A stretch of 64,000 nt of DNA from a virus. The DNA lies in the IMG/VR virus record IMGVR_UViG_3300022752_002834, positions 1-64,000 of that record; one strand, given 5' to 3'. The notes under the pieces were generated by a model. The model searched no databases, was not told the DNA's origin, and saw nothing but the letters and a program-made list of their open reading frames with translations. Positions 29,796-40,892 of the stretch are shown piece by piece (the first letter of the stretch is position 1; every line of letters begins with the position of its first letter). A program made the position numbers and the translations under genes.

Positions 29796-30176
29796 ATGCC
29801 ACAGCCAAGTTATTACGTTAACAAAGACAACAACAATCCATCCAAAGAAATTTGGGCAAATAGTGGTATATATGATCAAAAAAGTTATGGACCATCGCAA
29901 TACGCTCAAGATATTACAAACGCAATAATTCCTAATACTGGAATATCGCTTCGGACTACTCCACCACCATCAATACCACCATTATTACCAACAGATAGCT
30001 CTTTACTATCCGCACCAGCTAATACATTTTCTAGTGGAAATTACTTTATTGATAATATGGATTTATTTAATCCATTTAGGCATCATAGTATATCAACAAT
30101 GATTTTTGACCCACAAGATTTTTTGGTGGAGACAGTGAATGTATTTAATGTATATAGTAGAAGGTATAGAGCATGA
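29796..30176 (+). CDS. Hypothetical protein sharing the N-terminal NNNPSKEI motif with the next gene
   Basis: 126 aa, fills the gap, ATGA overlap with 30173. Confidence 0.6.
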   Translation: MPQPSYYVNKDNNNPSKEIWANSGIYDQKSYGPSQYAQDITNAIIPNTGISLRTTPPPSIPPLLPTDSSLLSAPANTFSSGNYFIDNMDLFNPFRHHSISTMIFDPQDFLVETVNVFNVYSRRYRA

Positions 30177-33100
30177 GTGGTGCATCCCAAAATAATAATC
30201 CATCAAAGGAAATACTTTCTAAGAATGGCACTTTTTTAAGCAAAGAAAATGTTTCAGACGGGCCAAATACACCAAGTCAGTTAATAAATCAACAGACTAA
30301 CACAACAACTACATTAAATCCAAATCAACACTCTATTATTCCAGCAAGTGGATACTGGCCTAATTTACCAATAGCATTGCAGAGCGGAGCTATACCAGAA
30401 TCATTATCTTCTGCAAAGTGGTCTGCTAATGCTCAAGGATTTCCACAGCAAACATTCTTAGGGGCAAGTATACGAAGTTTCAATATGACCGGAGGATTTG
30501 GTGATAATAGCTCATCACTAACAGTAGATTTGGTAGTAGACGAATATAATAGTTCTGATAATACCCTTGCTGGTTTTGGTGATGATGTTTATCATAGCGG
30601 AGCACTAACGGTAACAGAAAGAGGTGTTAACAAAACTGTTGGAGATAATTTTGTTCCACCAATACCGGGGTCGCCAGTATTCTTTAAGTTTGGTCCAAAT
30701 TTTGCCACAGTAGAAGAAGCATTTAAAAAAACATTTGATGATTTATACCAATATCAAACTGTAGATATGACTCCACCACAAAGTGCTGGGGGAGTGACGA
30801 TGAATGATATTATTGATAGAGGTATTGTTAATTCTGCTCCACCCGTATCTTATGTTGATCTTGATTTAATGGATGCTGTTGACGGCGGATCAATAAAATT
30901 AGCAACGGCAAGTAGGCCGGTGCTATCCTATAGTCACAGAACCGGTCCATCTAAAGGTAGAGATCATATAGTTTTTGGTGGAATATTGCAATCATATACT
31001 CAAAATAGAACTCCAAACGGAAATCCATTATATACTGTGAACGTTGTTGATCCTAGAGAAATATTGTCTAACGTAACTTTGATACTAAATAATTATGCTG
31101 GATCAACATACGCTCAAAAAAATGTGCTTAATCTATACGGATTTTTAGAGTATAATCCCACACCGGCCACAATAAGTGAAATAAAGGGTACTTGTCCAAA
31201 TGAATATCCATTACAAAAAATTGTTGACAATACTGGAAATTTTAATTTGATCGGAGATGATAAGTACTATGGACAACTCCCATCGGAAGCTGCTATAGAA
31301 AATGTAAAGTATAATATAAAACAAATTGAGAATGATATTGAATTAGCCAGAATACAAATAGCAAACTTTAAAAGAAATGGACAGTTTGCAGCTGTTCAAT
31401 ACCAGCTTATACAAATTACTAATTTACAAACTCAATTAAATACTCAGCGTAATATTTTACGCCAGTTAAAAACTGCATCCTTGCCAATGTTTCCAATGAC
31501 AGGAACGGGGTTTTCAAGAAGAAGTTCTCAGGGCATTCCTTATTATAGAGTACAGGATGCTCTTAATGGTGTTTTAGAGTACTATACTCCGCTTCCATTA
31601 GAATATAAAGAACAAGGATTCGCTGGGAAAATAAACTTTAGAGGATATAACTATGTGATTGATTTTGGATCATTACCAGAGTTACCAAAAACATACTTTT
31701 TAGATTTTGATCAAATCAATATATTGGAACTAGCATTAGAAATATGTGACATAACAAATAGAGATTTATTTGTTAGCTTACTTCCTGTTATAAATCATCC
31801 AGCATGTGCCTCATTATATAGTAGGAATTCATCTGCTTCATCACAAGACATAATAGCTGGAATAATCAGACTAGACGCTATTGATAGATCTTCTCAGCCA
31901 CAATATGGTGCTGTTAAGGAATATATCGACGCTTTGGCTGTTAATAAAATTTATGTTGAAAATCAAGATCTTGGGTATGAATTAAGCAATATAGTTACAG
32001 ATAAGTTCGTGGTTGGCGCTCAAGAAGTAGAGATGTACTATTTTTCTACCAATGCGGATAGAGACACATTAGCATTTAAAAAAACCAATACAAATGGATC
32101 ATTTCCAAATAAACCAGCTGGCTATGAGTGGACTTTAGAAGCATCATTAGAACAACAAGTTCTTCCGTATTATGGAAAATTGGGTAATCATGCTATTACT
32201 ATTCCTAAAGGATTTGGAGCTTATCAACAAATACTATTGGATGCTAGCACTTTAAACGCTGCTGGAGTTGGTAGTTATTATGTAGCCACAGAAATGGAAT
32301 TAAGGTGTGCGCTAATATCTTTTGATAGATGGAAAGAATTTTTGAAGCTATACAATGATACTTACATGGATTCTATAGAAAAAGATGATGGTTATGATGC
32401 TGCTATAGCTGGATTGACCGGAGCGCCACAAGGAGCAATAAACCCGCCAGTTCTCGCGGTATCTAATACTTATGCTGTTAGCGTTCCAAGGTCCGTATTT
32501 AACACATACGCCACAAGAACCTATGGAGATGATGGTTTACCTTTTAGCCCATGTAATCCTCCTTATGGCTATCCACTATATTATAAACGAATGACCAAAA
32601 TAGGAATACCAGAAGCTGGACTAACAGATTTGTATAGTAGATGGGTAACACTGCAAACAAATTTTGCAGAATTAAGATCAGCAGATAGACTAAATGCTCA
32701 AGGAATTATTAACTCTCAATACAATAGATTACGCCAGTTGAGCGAACAGCAACCATTATCAGCATTTGAGCAACAGTACCTTACAGAACTAGAAAAATTA
32801 TTAAAAACACCACAACAAAATGTTGTATCAACAATACAAACGTCTGTTGGTCTTTTAGAAGCAAATTCTAGAAATAGAAACAATGTTTTTGCTATACTTC
32901 CAAGCATTGCAAAGAAAAATAATCAAAATGCTATGAAGGTATATGAATTTGTTAAATCTGTAGCAGAAGAGTGTTTGGGTAAAAAATTTCTTGTTAAGAT
33001 TCCAAAAGAAGTTAATCTATTTTATGATAACCAAATACTTTGTCCAAATCTAGCAACTGGAGAATATACGCGAGGTCCATTTGGATTTAAACCAAGAACT

Positions 33101-35308
33101 ACCAAAACGATGGTCGGGACTAATATATTTCCTGCATATGAATTTAGTAGTCAATTTAAACAAGAAGTAGCTGCCGCTGCTCAACCAACACCACCAGCTA
33201 TAAATATGATGCAAAGTTTTTTGAGTCCAGCCGTAAATCCTAATCCAACAAGGTTTGGTGGCGCTTTGTCTATAAACTTTAATCCACTCACTGAAAAATA
33301 TGAATCAAATTATAAACCGATGAGTATTGGTGGATATTTTAACTTTGATCTTTATGCTAATACTCTTGGTGTTAGCAATATTAATGCCATAAGTCAAGCA
33401 AATTGGAATAATCTTCCTAGTGGTGTTAAACAAATGCTAGTACCACAAGACTTAACAAATTTCTTAAATGAAGACGGAAGAGTAAGTGCTTATGTTAGAT
33501 TTGATCACAGTCAATTTTTAACTCTTGAAGGTTTAAACAGTTCTGATTATACCCAGCAAATTATAACAGCAAATGGATTTATAACAGATATTTCTGATGC
33601 TCTGGACAATACTGGCCCATATCAATTCCATAGTTTTCCGAATACGGCATCTAATCAAAATAACGGTGGTCAACCGGCTCCGGGACAGGTGGTTTTCCTA
33701 AAGTGTTCTGTTGATGAAAACCTTTATATGCCACCAAAAACTTTAGTTGTAAGAATTCCAGTTCATGGTCAACAAGTAAAAGATATTGGTATTAAGTCAT
33801 CGCCCAAGAAAATATACATTCCATGTTCTGGTATAGAGAATGGGGCATTTGTTACCGGTAGTGGAGTTTATATAGACAGCTTATCGTTTTATAAGGCTAA
33901 CTTTGTTCCACTTCCGATACCGGGTTCAAACGCTGAAGTACTTGATTTTCAAACTTACAATTCTAGTTTCAGTTATCCCGGAGGGGCTATAGCGTTTGAT
34001 TCTGTTTATATCGATACCGAATTGGCTAATTTAAACAAAGATCATGTTTACGCTTTAATAACTTTACCAAATAGAATACTCCCAAACAAAGACTCAAGAC
34101 ATCGTGACGGTCATTTCCAAACAATGTCAGCGGAAAGATTCAAACATCTTATGACTATGGATGTTGTTAGAGGATTACCGGGATTTCAATTACCAATAAA
34201 TCCGCCACAAACACCACCGTGGAATTCTGTTAGACAACTTGGACAAAATACACCAAGCGATGCTAGAGTTCATGCTTGGTTAGCGATGAAAAAAGTGCAT
34301 AGCGCTATGTCATTTGGTTTTCCTCAAGCACTTAATATGACCATGCCATCGCCCGTTTATCCAGATCTTGTTGCTTTACCTTTAATGTCAACTGATAGAT
34401 GCTATGGACCTTGGGTTTCGTCCAACTTAGATGGTCAGGGATATTTGTTACAAAATATAGGCGGAAGGGTAGATTTTATAAAAGATGAGAATCTTTCTCC
34501 TTGGAATTATGGTGGATATGATTTATTAAATGAAGCAGGAAGGCTACAAGCAGAATTCTCTAATAGCCTTATGTTATTTAGTGAGCGGGGTTCGTTTACT
34601 ATCCCCACAATACCACTAGGTAATTCACTATGTAAAGCTTTAATAGACGGCGGTCCACTAGTTACTAGTATAAACGTGGATGTTTCTACTGGTGGAGCTA
34701 GAACAACCTATCAAATGGATCTTTATACTGCTAGTTTTGGTAAATTACAAAAACAAAAAGCTGATGAAATTTCAAAAATTAGTAGAGAAAGAAAGAAGCT
34801 TAATAGTGAGCGTAATGCTCTTATTAGAAAAGGTCTTGGCAAAAATCAAAATAACAGAAACTTCCTTAGTGAATATAATTCATTTATGAGAGGCAATGTT
34901 CCGGGATTAGATCAATTAGGATTAGGTTTAGCAAATGCTAGCACTAGAATAGTAGCATCTGTAAGTCCGTCTACTAACAAGAATTGGTCAAGCTCAGTAG
35001 CTTCAAGTAACACTGCTCCAATACAGAATACAGAATATAATACATATGGATCAATGCAAAATAGTTCGTTGGTCGGTCAGACTGCGCAAAATTTTATCGA
35101 TCAATTTCAATTGGCAGAAAGTTATCAAAATTCTGCATCATCGGAATTAGTAGGTGACGATGGATTATTTACTCCAGCCTCTCACGGGTATCATGCAAAT
35201 ATGTCTAGTAGACCAAATTCTTCGCTAGATGCTTATAATGAGCTTTATTTTATTGACGATGAGGATGACTCTCAAAGAAACGTAATGATATATGGAGATA
35301 GAGCATAA
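30173..35308 (+). CDS. Putative tail hub/tip protein
   Basis: 1711 aa. N-terminal TFLGASIRSF..GFG.NSSSLTVDLV and FGGILQSY...YTVNVVDPREIL; C-terminal GGPLVTSINVDVSTGGARTTYQM resembles hub (gp27/gp44-like) termini. Confidence 0.5.
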   Translation: MSGASQNNNPSKEILSKNGTFLSKENVSDGPNTPSQLINQQTNTTTTLNPNQHSIIPASGYWPNLPIALQSGAIPESLSSAKWSANAQGFPQQTFLGASIRSFNMTGGFGDNSSSLTVDLVVDEYNSSDNTLAGFGDDVYHSGALTVTERGVNKTVGDNFVPPIPGSPVFFKFGPNFATVEEAFKKTFDDLYQYQTVDMTPPQSAGGVTMNDIIDRGIVNSAPPVSYVDLDLMDAVDGGSIKLATASRPVLSYSHRTGPSKGRDHIVFGGILQSYTQNRTPNGNPLYTVNVVDPREILSNVTLILNNYAGSTYAQKNVLNLYGFLEYNPTPATISEIKGTCPNEYPLQKIVDNTGNFNLIGDDKYYGQLPSEAAIENVKYNIKQIENDIELARIQIANFKRNGQFAAVQYQLIQITNLQTQLNTQRNILRQLKTASLPMFPMTGTGFSRRSSQGIPYYRVQDALNGVLEYYTPLPLEYKEQGFAGKINFRGYNYVIDFGSLPELPKTYFLDFDQINILELALEICDITNRDLFVSLLPVINHPACASLYSRNSSASSQDIIAGIIRLDAIDRSSQPQYGAVKEYIDALAVNKIYVENQDLGYELSNIVTDKFVVGAQEVEMYYFSTNADRDTLAFKKTNTNGSFPNKPAGYEWTLEASLEQQVLPYYGKLGNHAITIPKGFGAYQQILLDASTLNAAGVGSYYVATEMELRCALISFDRWKEFLKLYNDTYMDSIEKDDGYDAAIAGLTGAPQGAINPPVLAVSNTYAVSVPRSVFNTYATRTYGDDGLPFSPCNPPYGYPLYYKRMTKIGIPEAGLTDLYSRWVTLQTNFAELRSADRLNAQGIINSQYNRLRQLSEQQPLSAFEQQYLTELEKLLKTPQQNVVSTIQTSVGLLEANSRNRNNVFAILPSIAKKNNQNAMKVYEFVKSVAEECLGKKFLVKIPKEVNLFYDNQILCPNLATGEYTRGPFGFKPRTTKTMVGTNIFPAYEFSSQFKQEVAAAAQPTPPAINMMQSFLSPAVNPNPTRFGGALSINFNPLTEKYESNYKPMSIGGYFNFDLYANTLGVSNINAISQANWNNLPSGVKQMLVPQDLTNFLNEDGRVSAYVRFDHSQFLTLEGLNSSDYTQQIITANGFITDISDALDNTGPYQFHSFPNTASNQNNGGQPAPGQVVFLKCSVDENLYMPPKTLVVRIPVHGQQVKDIGIKSSPKKIYIPCSGIENGAFVTGSGVYIDSLSFYKANFVPLPIPGSNAEVLDFQTYNSSFSYPGGAIAFDSVYIDTELANLNKDHVYALITLPNRILPNKDSRHRDGHFQTMSAERFKHLMTMDVVRGLPGFQLPINPPQTPPWNSVRQLGQNTPSDARVHAWLAMKKVHSAMSFGFPQALNMTMPSPVYPDLVALPLMSTDRCYGPWVSSNLDGQGYLLQNIGGRVDFIKDENLSPWNYGGYDLLNEAGRLQAEFSNSLMLFSERGSFTIPTIPLGNSLCKALIDGGPLVTSINVDVSTGGARTTYQMDLYTASFGKLQKQKADEISKISRERKKLNSERNALIRKGLGKNQNNRNFLSEYNSFMRGNVPGLDQLGLGLANASTRIVASVSPSTNKNWSSSVASSNTAPIQNTEYNTYGSMQNSSLVGQTAQNFIDQFQLAESYQNSASSELVGDDGLFTPASHGYHANMSSRPNSSLDAYNELYFIDDEDDSQRNVMIYGDRA

Positions 35309-38300
35309 TGTTTGATATCAATTTTTATTCTAAAGCAACGGACTTCCATAGATATTCTACAGAAGATCTAGCTTTGCTATCTATAGGACTCGGAAATTAC
35401 ACAAAATCTAGCGTTTTAGAATTTTTTAATCCGACTAGACCAAATCCAGATGCAGCAGAATTCTTTTCTAATGACCTGTCTGTAAGAGACAAGATAAGAG
35501 GGTTGGGGTTAGAGGGAAGTATGCAAATATTAGATTTTGATATAGTAGATAAAACCTATAAGATAAAAACGGGATTATCAGAGATTGTTAAATTAAATCC
35601 ACAAAAATATCCGGTTACAAAATATCAACCAGTTACAGCCGGTTCTATCGATATATTTTTAGATAATTGGAATAAAGTACAGATCGGTGATCCAAGTATA
35701 CCACAACTACAAGCAAATACATATAGAGCTATTGTTGATAGAATTCATAATAGTGTGTCTGGATGCTTATCATTTAAAGCAACATTTACTGTTCTTGGAG
35801 GATCAAGGACCGCAGATATTATGCTTGTGCCAACATATTCTAGAGACAACCAGTCATCTAGGACTATATCTTTTAGAGGCTCTCCGTTGATTTCTGCTGT
35901 TCCGCAAACCGCAGAAGGTTTACGATACAGCTTAAATCAAACAAATCAACTTGGAATTGGTCAATACTCTGGCCCTCTTGAGGGTGGTGATAATAATCCT
36001 AAGAATACTGCTGCTGGACACCTGAGATTAGCATATGATCCCACAACTGGAGAGTTTGAATCTGGAACACAACAAATATTAGTAAGACTAGTTGATGATA
36101 TTGAACCAGCAGAAATGTCTGATATTAGTGGAGAAGCTCTTTTAAGCGCAACCGCTCAAGATTGTTATGACTCTCCAGATTCTGACTTATATATGGGTAA
36201 CTTCAAAAAAGGGCGCGGTATTCCACTAAGTATGGAAAATGGAAATCCACATATGTATGGACCCAATTTTAAAGGTGGATGTGCTAGTTCTTCTACTAAG
36301 TCTGTAATAACAGTCGTAAATAGAGCCGCCCAAGGTTTTAAAAGTGGTCAACTTGTAATGTGTAGTAGAATCAATGGTGAATGGGTAATTTTGCCAACCG
36401 GCGAACAAATACTAACGAAAAAGATTACATTTGGCAATTTCGAATATCAACAATACATTATACCAGCAGACTCTTACTTTGCCTACACAGATCTTTCTAG
36501 TCCAAATTCAGAAAAAATATTGCCAGATGATTTTGCTAGAAAAATGAGAAACTCTTATTATATAGACCTAGCATCTAACAGTGATCAAAGAATTATTGAT
36601 ACGTCTATGAATAGTGTAAGCATAATTATGTTATTGAACATTTTCGCATCTACGATACCAACCGACATTGATGATCCAATACAATATATAAAAGATAACT
36701 ATACTCCACAAGAAGCTGCTTTATTATTAAATGAAGCTGACCAAGAAAAAAGACGTGATGAAAACAATTCTCTTTTAAGCTATATTGCTCAAAGTAGTCG
36801 ATCATTTTTATTTTATCCAGATATATATTTTGATGAAATATATTATTCTTTACCAAAAAATGTCCTTTTAAAAACAGCAAGAAAGTTTTCGATTGATGGA
36901 GCAACCGACATATCTTCTTCTTTAAATGACCCTACATATGGAGACGAGGTTCCGTTTTGGGGTATGCTATTTCCAGATGGCTATAAAACAAATGGCACGG
37001 CGTCAGTCATAGCAGAGAATAGAGATTTTATTATAAATAATCCGTTGTTTGCTAATGATAAAAATCTTAAAGAATTATCAGTATTGTCTAGCCTATCTTA
37101 TCCATATATAAAGGATCAAGTAATAAATCTTGGTTTCATAAAAAAAATTGATTCAACTCAACAGACAGACCCATTCAAATATATAAAAAAAACAACCGGT
37201 ATATTTGTAGATAAATTACAGTATGAAAGTTTGGACCTTAAATATATCGGTATATCTAATAGTTATATCGTAAAATTTTATGATGCTGTTTCTTTAAATA
37301 ATCCTGTTGGCGGTGGATCAACTTCCCAATTGTATAGCACACACGGTAGATTATTCCCAAATAGTGTGTATGGACTAGAACCAACAAAACCAAATAGAAT
37401 TCAGTTTTCGTCTATGTCTATAGAACAGCTGTATAGTAAATCGCTATTAGATAATGAAGTCATGTTGATCTATCATCCATACGATTTATTAGGAGCTAGT
37501 GTATCTTATTATCGCAATCTATTTTTCAAAAACAGCGTTGGGCCTACGAGTGGTTGGCAAAGCTTAAAATTTGGAGACGTTATTCACAATTGGTGGAGAA
37601 GTGATAGTAGAAATGCAAGATATGAGACTGTAACTTCTGATGTAGATTATGGGAATAAATATAATATTCTAAGTTTATTAACATCTAAGTTTACACAACC
37701 TGTGGCAAATCGACATCCGTCGCCATTAGGTACTGTTTATCAAATAGTACCAGAAGTACGCGGATATAGAAGATCTATGGCGATACCTGTTCTTACTTGT
37801 AAGAGCAAAATGAAGACTTCGGCAGATTCTTTGGTCTTTGAAACATCACAACTTTTTGGTATGCCAAAACGAACTGTTGTTAGCCCAGCAGATATTAATG
37901 AGCCAATTATTTTACCAATTGGAGCAGGAATAGCATGGAATCAGCCAGATGCTCCAATTTCTGTTAATTCTTTTCCACAATGGGGAGACAGAGCGCGAAC
38001 TGATGATGTTGATAGTATGGGTACAACTGCGTTACATGTTAGAGTATTTGAGGGTTGGCCTATTCATCAAACACTTTATTTTGGTCATTATTTTACACCA
38101 CTACATTTTAATCCATCTGCTCCAGATGTGGAGAAAATAATCGATTACTCCGCTCCCAGCGGTTTGCCAGTATTAATAAATCGTCTAGATGATTCTGGGC
38201 AACCAATTCCCGGTCGGTCTGAAGTTGATTTTAAAATTCCAACAGCTTACGCCACAGAAAATGTTGGCGGATCTCCACTTGGGATTGGAGTGTCCATAAT

Positions 38301-38925
38301 ACCACCAACAGATACTAGTCCGGGTAACTTAGCTCCATATAGTTTATGGAAGCATAACACAATTAGAAGAGCTAAATTATTAACAAATGGCGGTTTTGTT
38401 TATATGATAAGATATATCGGAATTGTAAAAAGCACCGTATCTATTAAAACTAATGGAACTGGATATGCAGAAGGTGATACTTTTGTTTACCCAGACGGAA
38501 CAACAATAGAAGTAAAGAGTGTGGGTGGCAATGGAACAATAGGGTCCGTTGAAGTTACAGAAGGAGAGAACGGAATGACTTCTGTCACAGCAAATCTTCA
38601 ACCACAATATCTAGGATCTTCTGGAAAAGATGCCGTTTGGAATAATGTGCAATTTATTGTAAAAGAAAAATATGGATATGACCCAGCGCCAAAAGAAGTG
38701 GTTCCAATCACAAGGTTGACCAAACCCAGCAATAATGGTGAAGAATTAATAGAAGGGAATTTATCTACTTCTGTGTCTCTTGACAATGATTCTGGAAAAT
38801 CAAAAGAATATGATATTTTCTATTTTTACCACAACGATCCTACTCATTATAGTATGAACAGAGGATTAGCATTTAACGCCGGTTGGGCGCAATATGCTAT
38901 AGTAGAAGTAAATCCCGGCGCATAA
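35308..38925 (+). CDS. Large tail-tip/virion protein, function unknown
   Basis: 1205 aa, TAATG-coupled to the upstream gene. Contains a NGTGYAEGD...V beta-repeat seen in phage structural proteins. Confidence 0.5.
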   Translation: MFDINFYSKATDFHRYSTEDLALLSIGLGNYTKSSVLEFFNPTRPNPDAAEFFSNDLSVRDKIRGLGLEGSMQILDFDIVDKTYKIKTGLSEIVKLNPQKYPVTKYQPVTAGSIDIFLDNWNKVQIGDPSIPQLQANTYRAIVDRIHNSVSGCLSFKATFTVLGGSRTADIMLVPTYSRDNQSSRTISFRGSPLISAVPQTAEGLRYSLNQTNQLGIGQYSGPLEGGDNNPKNTAAGHLRLAYDPTTGEFESGTQQILVRLVDDIEPAEMSDISGEALLSATAQDCYDSPDSDLYMGNFKKGRGIPLSMENGNPHMYGPNFKGGCASSSTKSVITVVNRAAQGFKSGQLVMCSRINGEWVILPTGEQILTKKITFGNFEYQQYIIPADSYFAYTDLSSPNSEKILPDDFARKMRNSYYIDLASNSDQRIIDTSMNSVSIIMLLNIFASTIPTDIDDPIQYIKDNYTPQEAALLLNEADQEKRRDENNSLLSYIAQSSRSFLFYPDIYFDEIYYSLPKNVLLKTARKFSIDGATDISSSLNDPTYGDEVPFWGMLFPDGYKTNGTASVIAENRDFIINNPLFANDKNLKELSVLSSLSYPYIKDQVINLGFIKKIDSTQQTDPFKYIKKTTGIFVDKLQYESLDLKYIGISNSYIVKFYDAVSLNNPVGGGSTSQLYSTHGRLFPNSVYGLEPTKPNRIQFSSMSIEQLYSKSLLDNEVMLIYHPYDLLGASVSYYRNLFFKNSVGPTSGWQSLKFGDVIHNWWRSDSRNARYETVTSDVDYGNKYNILSLLTSKFTQPVANRHPSPLGTVYQIVPEVRGYRRSMAIPVLTCKSKMKTSADSLVFETSQLFGMPKRTVVSPADINEPIILPIGAGIAWNQPDAPISVNSFPQWGDRARTDDVDSMGTTALHVRVFEGWPIHQTLYFGHYFTPLHFNPSAPDVEKIIDYSAPSGLPVLINRLDDSGQPIPGRSEVDFKIPTAYATENVGGSPLGIGVSIIPPTDTSPGNLAPYSLWKHNTIRRAKLLTNGGFVYMIRYIGIVKSTVSIKTNGTGYAEGDTFVYPDGTTIEVKSVGGNGTIGSVEVTEGENGMTSVTANLQPQYLGSSGKDAVWNNVQFIVKEKYGYDPAPKEVVPITRLTKPSNNGEELIEGNLSTSVSLDNDSGKSKEYDIFYFYHNDPTHYSMNRGLAFNAGWAQYAIVEVNPGA

Positions 38926-38937
38926 TTTCGTGTATAT
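38922..38937 (+). promoter_or_regulatory. Putative late promoter ATAATTTCGTGTATAT
   Basis: Exact 16-nt match to 6149..6164. Confidence 0.65.
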
Positions 38938-38970
38938 TACTATGTAACAGTGTTTTAAAAGGAGATTTTT

Positions 38971-39690
38971 ATGGCTGAAATTACGTTTTTTGCTAATATT
39001 AATGGTCAGGGCGCTGGCTCAAACGGCCAGTTAATAAACCATGCTGCTGGCTCTGGCGTTGGTTTTTATGGCAGTAATTTTGGTGTTTCTGTACCAATCG
39101 GCACTAGACAATCCACAACGTTCGTTACAGACTCATTGGGTGTTAATCAAGGCTCTCAGTTAAATAATACCACAATGATGACCAGTGGAGATTCTGTGAC
39201 TGCTGGAACAGTTAGCATAAACGGGGCTAGTTCTATTAATTTAGACAGATTACCAAACTACCTATGCCCACTTAATATAAGGTTCACGCATAGCGAAGCC
39301 GTAAGAGTTCAGAACTGCAAATTACGTATATTTGATAGAAATAACATAATCAACCATGCTAGCGGTGTTGTTACTTATGTTTATGAGAGCCGACATCCAT
39401 CAAGCCTTCAATCAGTCTCCAATTTAAGCCACAGAGGCAGAGAAGCAAATAGCTGGTATGAATTTGATTCACTAGACGCAATGACCGATATGACTTTTAC
39501 AGCCTCTCCCGGTATGAGCGGTCTAAATACCAATGTTCAAGATACAAATCCCGCTCTTGGATATTCTTCTCAGAATGGTAGTTTGCATGAAGCTACCAGA
39601 CATGATTGGTATGTGGCTCTTAGTTCAGAGCCTGTCACCGTTGGTAGTAAAACTCAATACGGCTTATATTTTAGCGTAGAATATCTATAA
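38971..39690 (+). CDS. Probable abundant virion protein
   Basis: 239 aa, AAGGAG RBS, own promoter motif, followed by a terminator. Gly/Ser/Asn-rich beta protein. Confidence 0.55.
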   Translation: MAEITFFANINGQGAGSNGQLINHAAGSGVGFYGSNFGVSVPIGTRQSTTFVTDSLGVNQGSQLNNTTMMTSGDSVTAGTVSINGASSINLDRLPNYLCPLNIRFTHSEAVRVQNCKLRIFDRNNIINHASGVVTYVYESRHPSSLQSVSNLSHRGREANSWYEFDSLDAMTDMTFTASPGMSGLNTNVQDTNPALGYSSQNGSLHEATRHDWYVALSSEPVTVGSKTQYGLYFSVEYL

Positions 39691-39691
39691 T

Positions 39692-39733
39692 AAAAAGATT
39701 CGGGGGTAGTTTTTGGCTACCCCCTTTTCTTTA
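39692..39733. terminator. Rho-independent, probably bidirectional terminator between the convergent arms
   Basis: GGGGGTAG (39702-39709) / CTACCCCC (39717-39724) stem, TTTTCTTT after and AAAAAG before. Confidence 0.85.
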
Positions 39734-39789
39734 CTTCTAAGCGATAAATCTATTTTGAATATAGATTATTGCAAATAACAACAGATACT

Positions 39790-40125
39790 TCATTCCGCTT
39801 GCTCGCTCTTGGGATTCCACTTTACCCAGCCATTATCTGGAAGCCACTTTCCATCGTTGTCCTTTCGCTTTGGAAATAAACCGCCGCCCTTCTTGTTAAC
39901 GCCAAACGCTAGTCTAGCACCACAATCTAAACAGCGTAGTTCATAATATTGATTATCATCAACATTTCTTACTACGAATCTTAGATTTTCAGAGCCGCAC
40001 TTTCCACATACAGACTCGTCAAATACCTCTTGAAACTTGCTTAGTGATTCAAAAAGATCCTTTTGCGATTCTCCATCAATTTCTACCTTGATTCTGCCGT
40101 TCTTTGTAGTATATGTAATCTTCAT
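39790..40125 (-). CDS. Zinc-ribbon protein
   Basis: CGKCGS...CLDCGA. Confidence 0.7.
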   Translation of the reverse strand: MKITYTTKNGRIKVEIDGESQKDLFESLSKFQEVFDESVCGKCGSENLRFVVRNVDDNQYYELRCLDCGARLAFGVNKKGGGLFPKRKDNDGKWLPDNGWVKWNPKSEQAE

Positions 40126-40892
40126 TGGTCACGCCACTCCTGTTGATAGCCTAATAAATCTTCTGGAATAGAACTCTTGTCGCGTTGATAATCATTGAGC
40201 CTATCAATAATATCACTAGCAACTTTCTTTGATACCTTACGTCCACTATCTACCTTAAACTCTGCAAATAGCTTCTTTCCATTAACATTAAGTTGCTTGC
40301 ACTTAACATCAATAAAATTGTACTGAGCGTCACTCATTCTACTTTGATCGTCATACTCACCTTCGCTAGCTGACTTAGTAGTAGAAATATCACGAACAAT
40401 CTTAGCAGTATCCTTCTTGGTTAACTCTTCTGCTGCAACACCCTTAATCTTAAGAGCCTTGCGTAATGCTCTAGCCTCTGCTCTTGTGCTTGCTATCGCA
40501 ACAGCAAATGCACAAAACATATCATCGGTATTGCCTTCCCAAGAATCTGCAACCTCTGCATATCTCATACCATTAGCAAACTCTACTGTAAATACTACGG
40601 TTGCACGACCATGATGATCTTCTCGCTGTACCGGAAAGACCTGCGTTGGTCCACTAAAAACAATTGGACCCAGCACAACCTCTGCTACACGCCTCAAACC
40701 AGCAACCAGAGGATGACCATCAATCATCTCCGATTCATGGAACAGCCCCATAGCATAATCATGCCATTCTGCTGATAGCATAGATGGAATATCTGATTGA
40801 ATAACGTCCTTGGTCTTTGTGTTTGTATTGCTTGGAGTAGCTAATTCAACTTCATCAAACAAGCCATTAACGTCTTCTACATAGGTTTTCAT
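40122..40892 (-). CDS. Putative single-strand annealing protein (Rad52/Erf-like)
   Basis: AIASTRAEARALRKAL helix followed by AAEE, resembling SSAP core motifs; C-terminal MSDAQ..FI helical domain. Confidence 0.45.
   Translation of the reverse strand: MKTYVEDVNGLFDEVELATPSNTNTKTKDVIQSDIPSMLSAEWHDYAMGLFHESEMIDGHPLVAGLRRVAEVVLGPIVFSGPTQVFPVQREDHHGRATVVFTVEFANGMRYAEVADSWEGNTDDMFCAFAVAIASTRAEARALRKALKIKGVAAEELTKKDTAKIVRDISTTKSASEGEYDDQSRMSDAQYNFIDVKCKQLNVNGKKLFAEFKVDSGRKVSKKVASDIIDRLNDYQRDKSSIPEDLLGYQQEWRDQ

Noticed and set aside
39747-39767. Inverted repeat AATCTAT-N7-ATAGATT
   Set aside because: Short and AT-rich, so plausible by chance; at most an auxiliary terminator for the minus arm.
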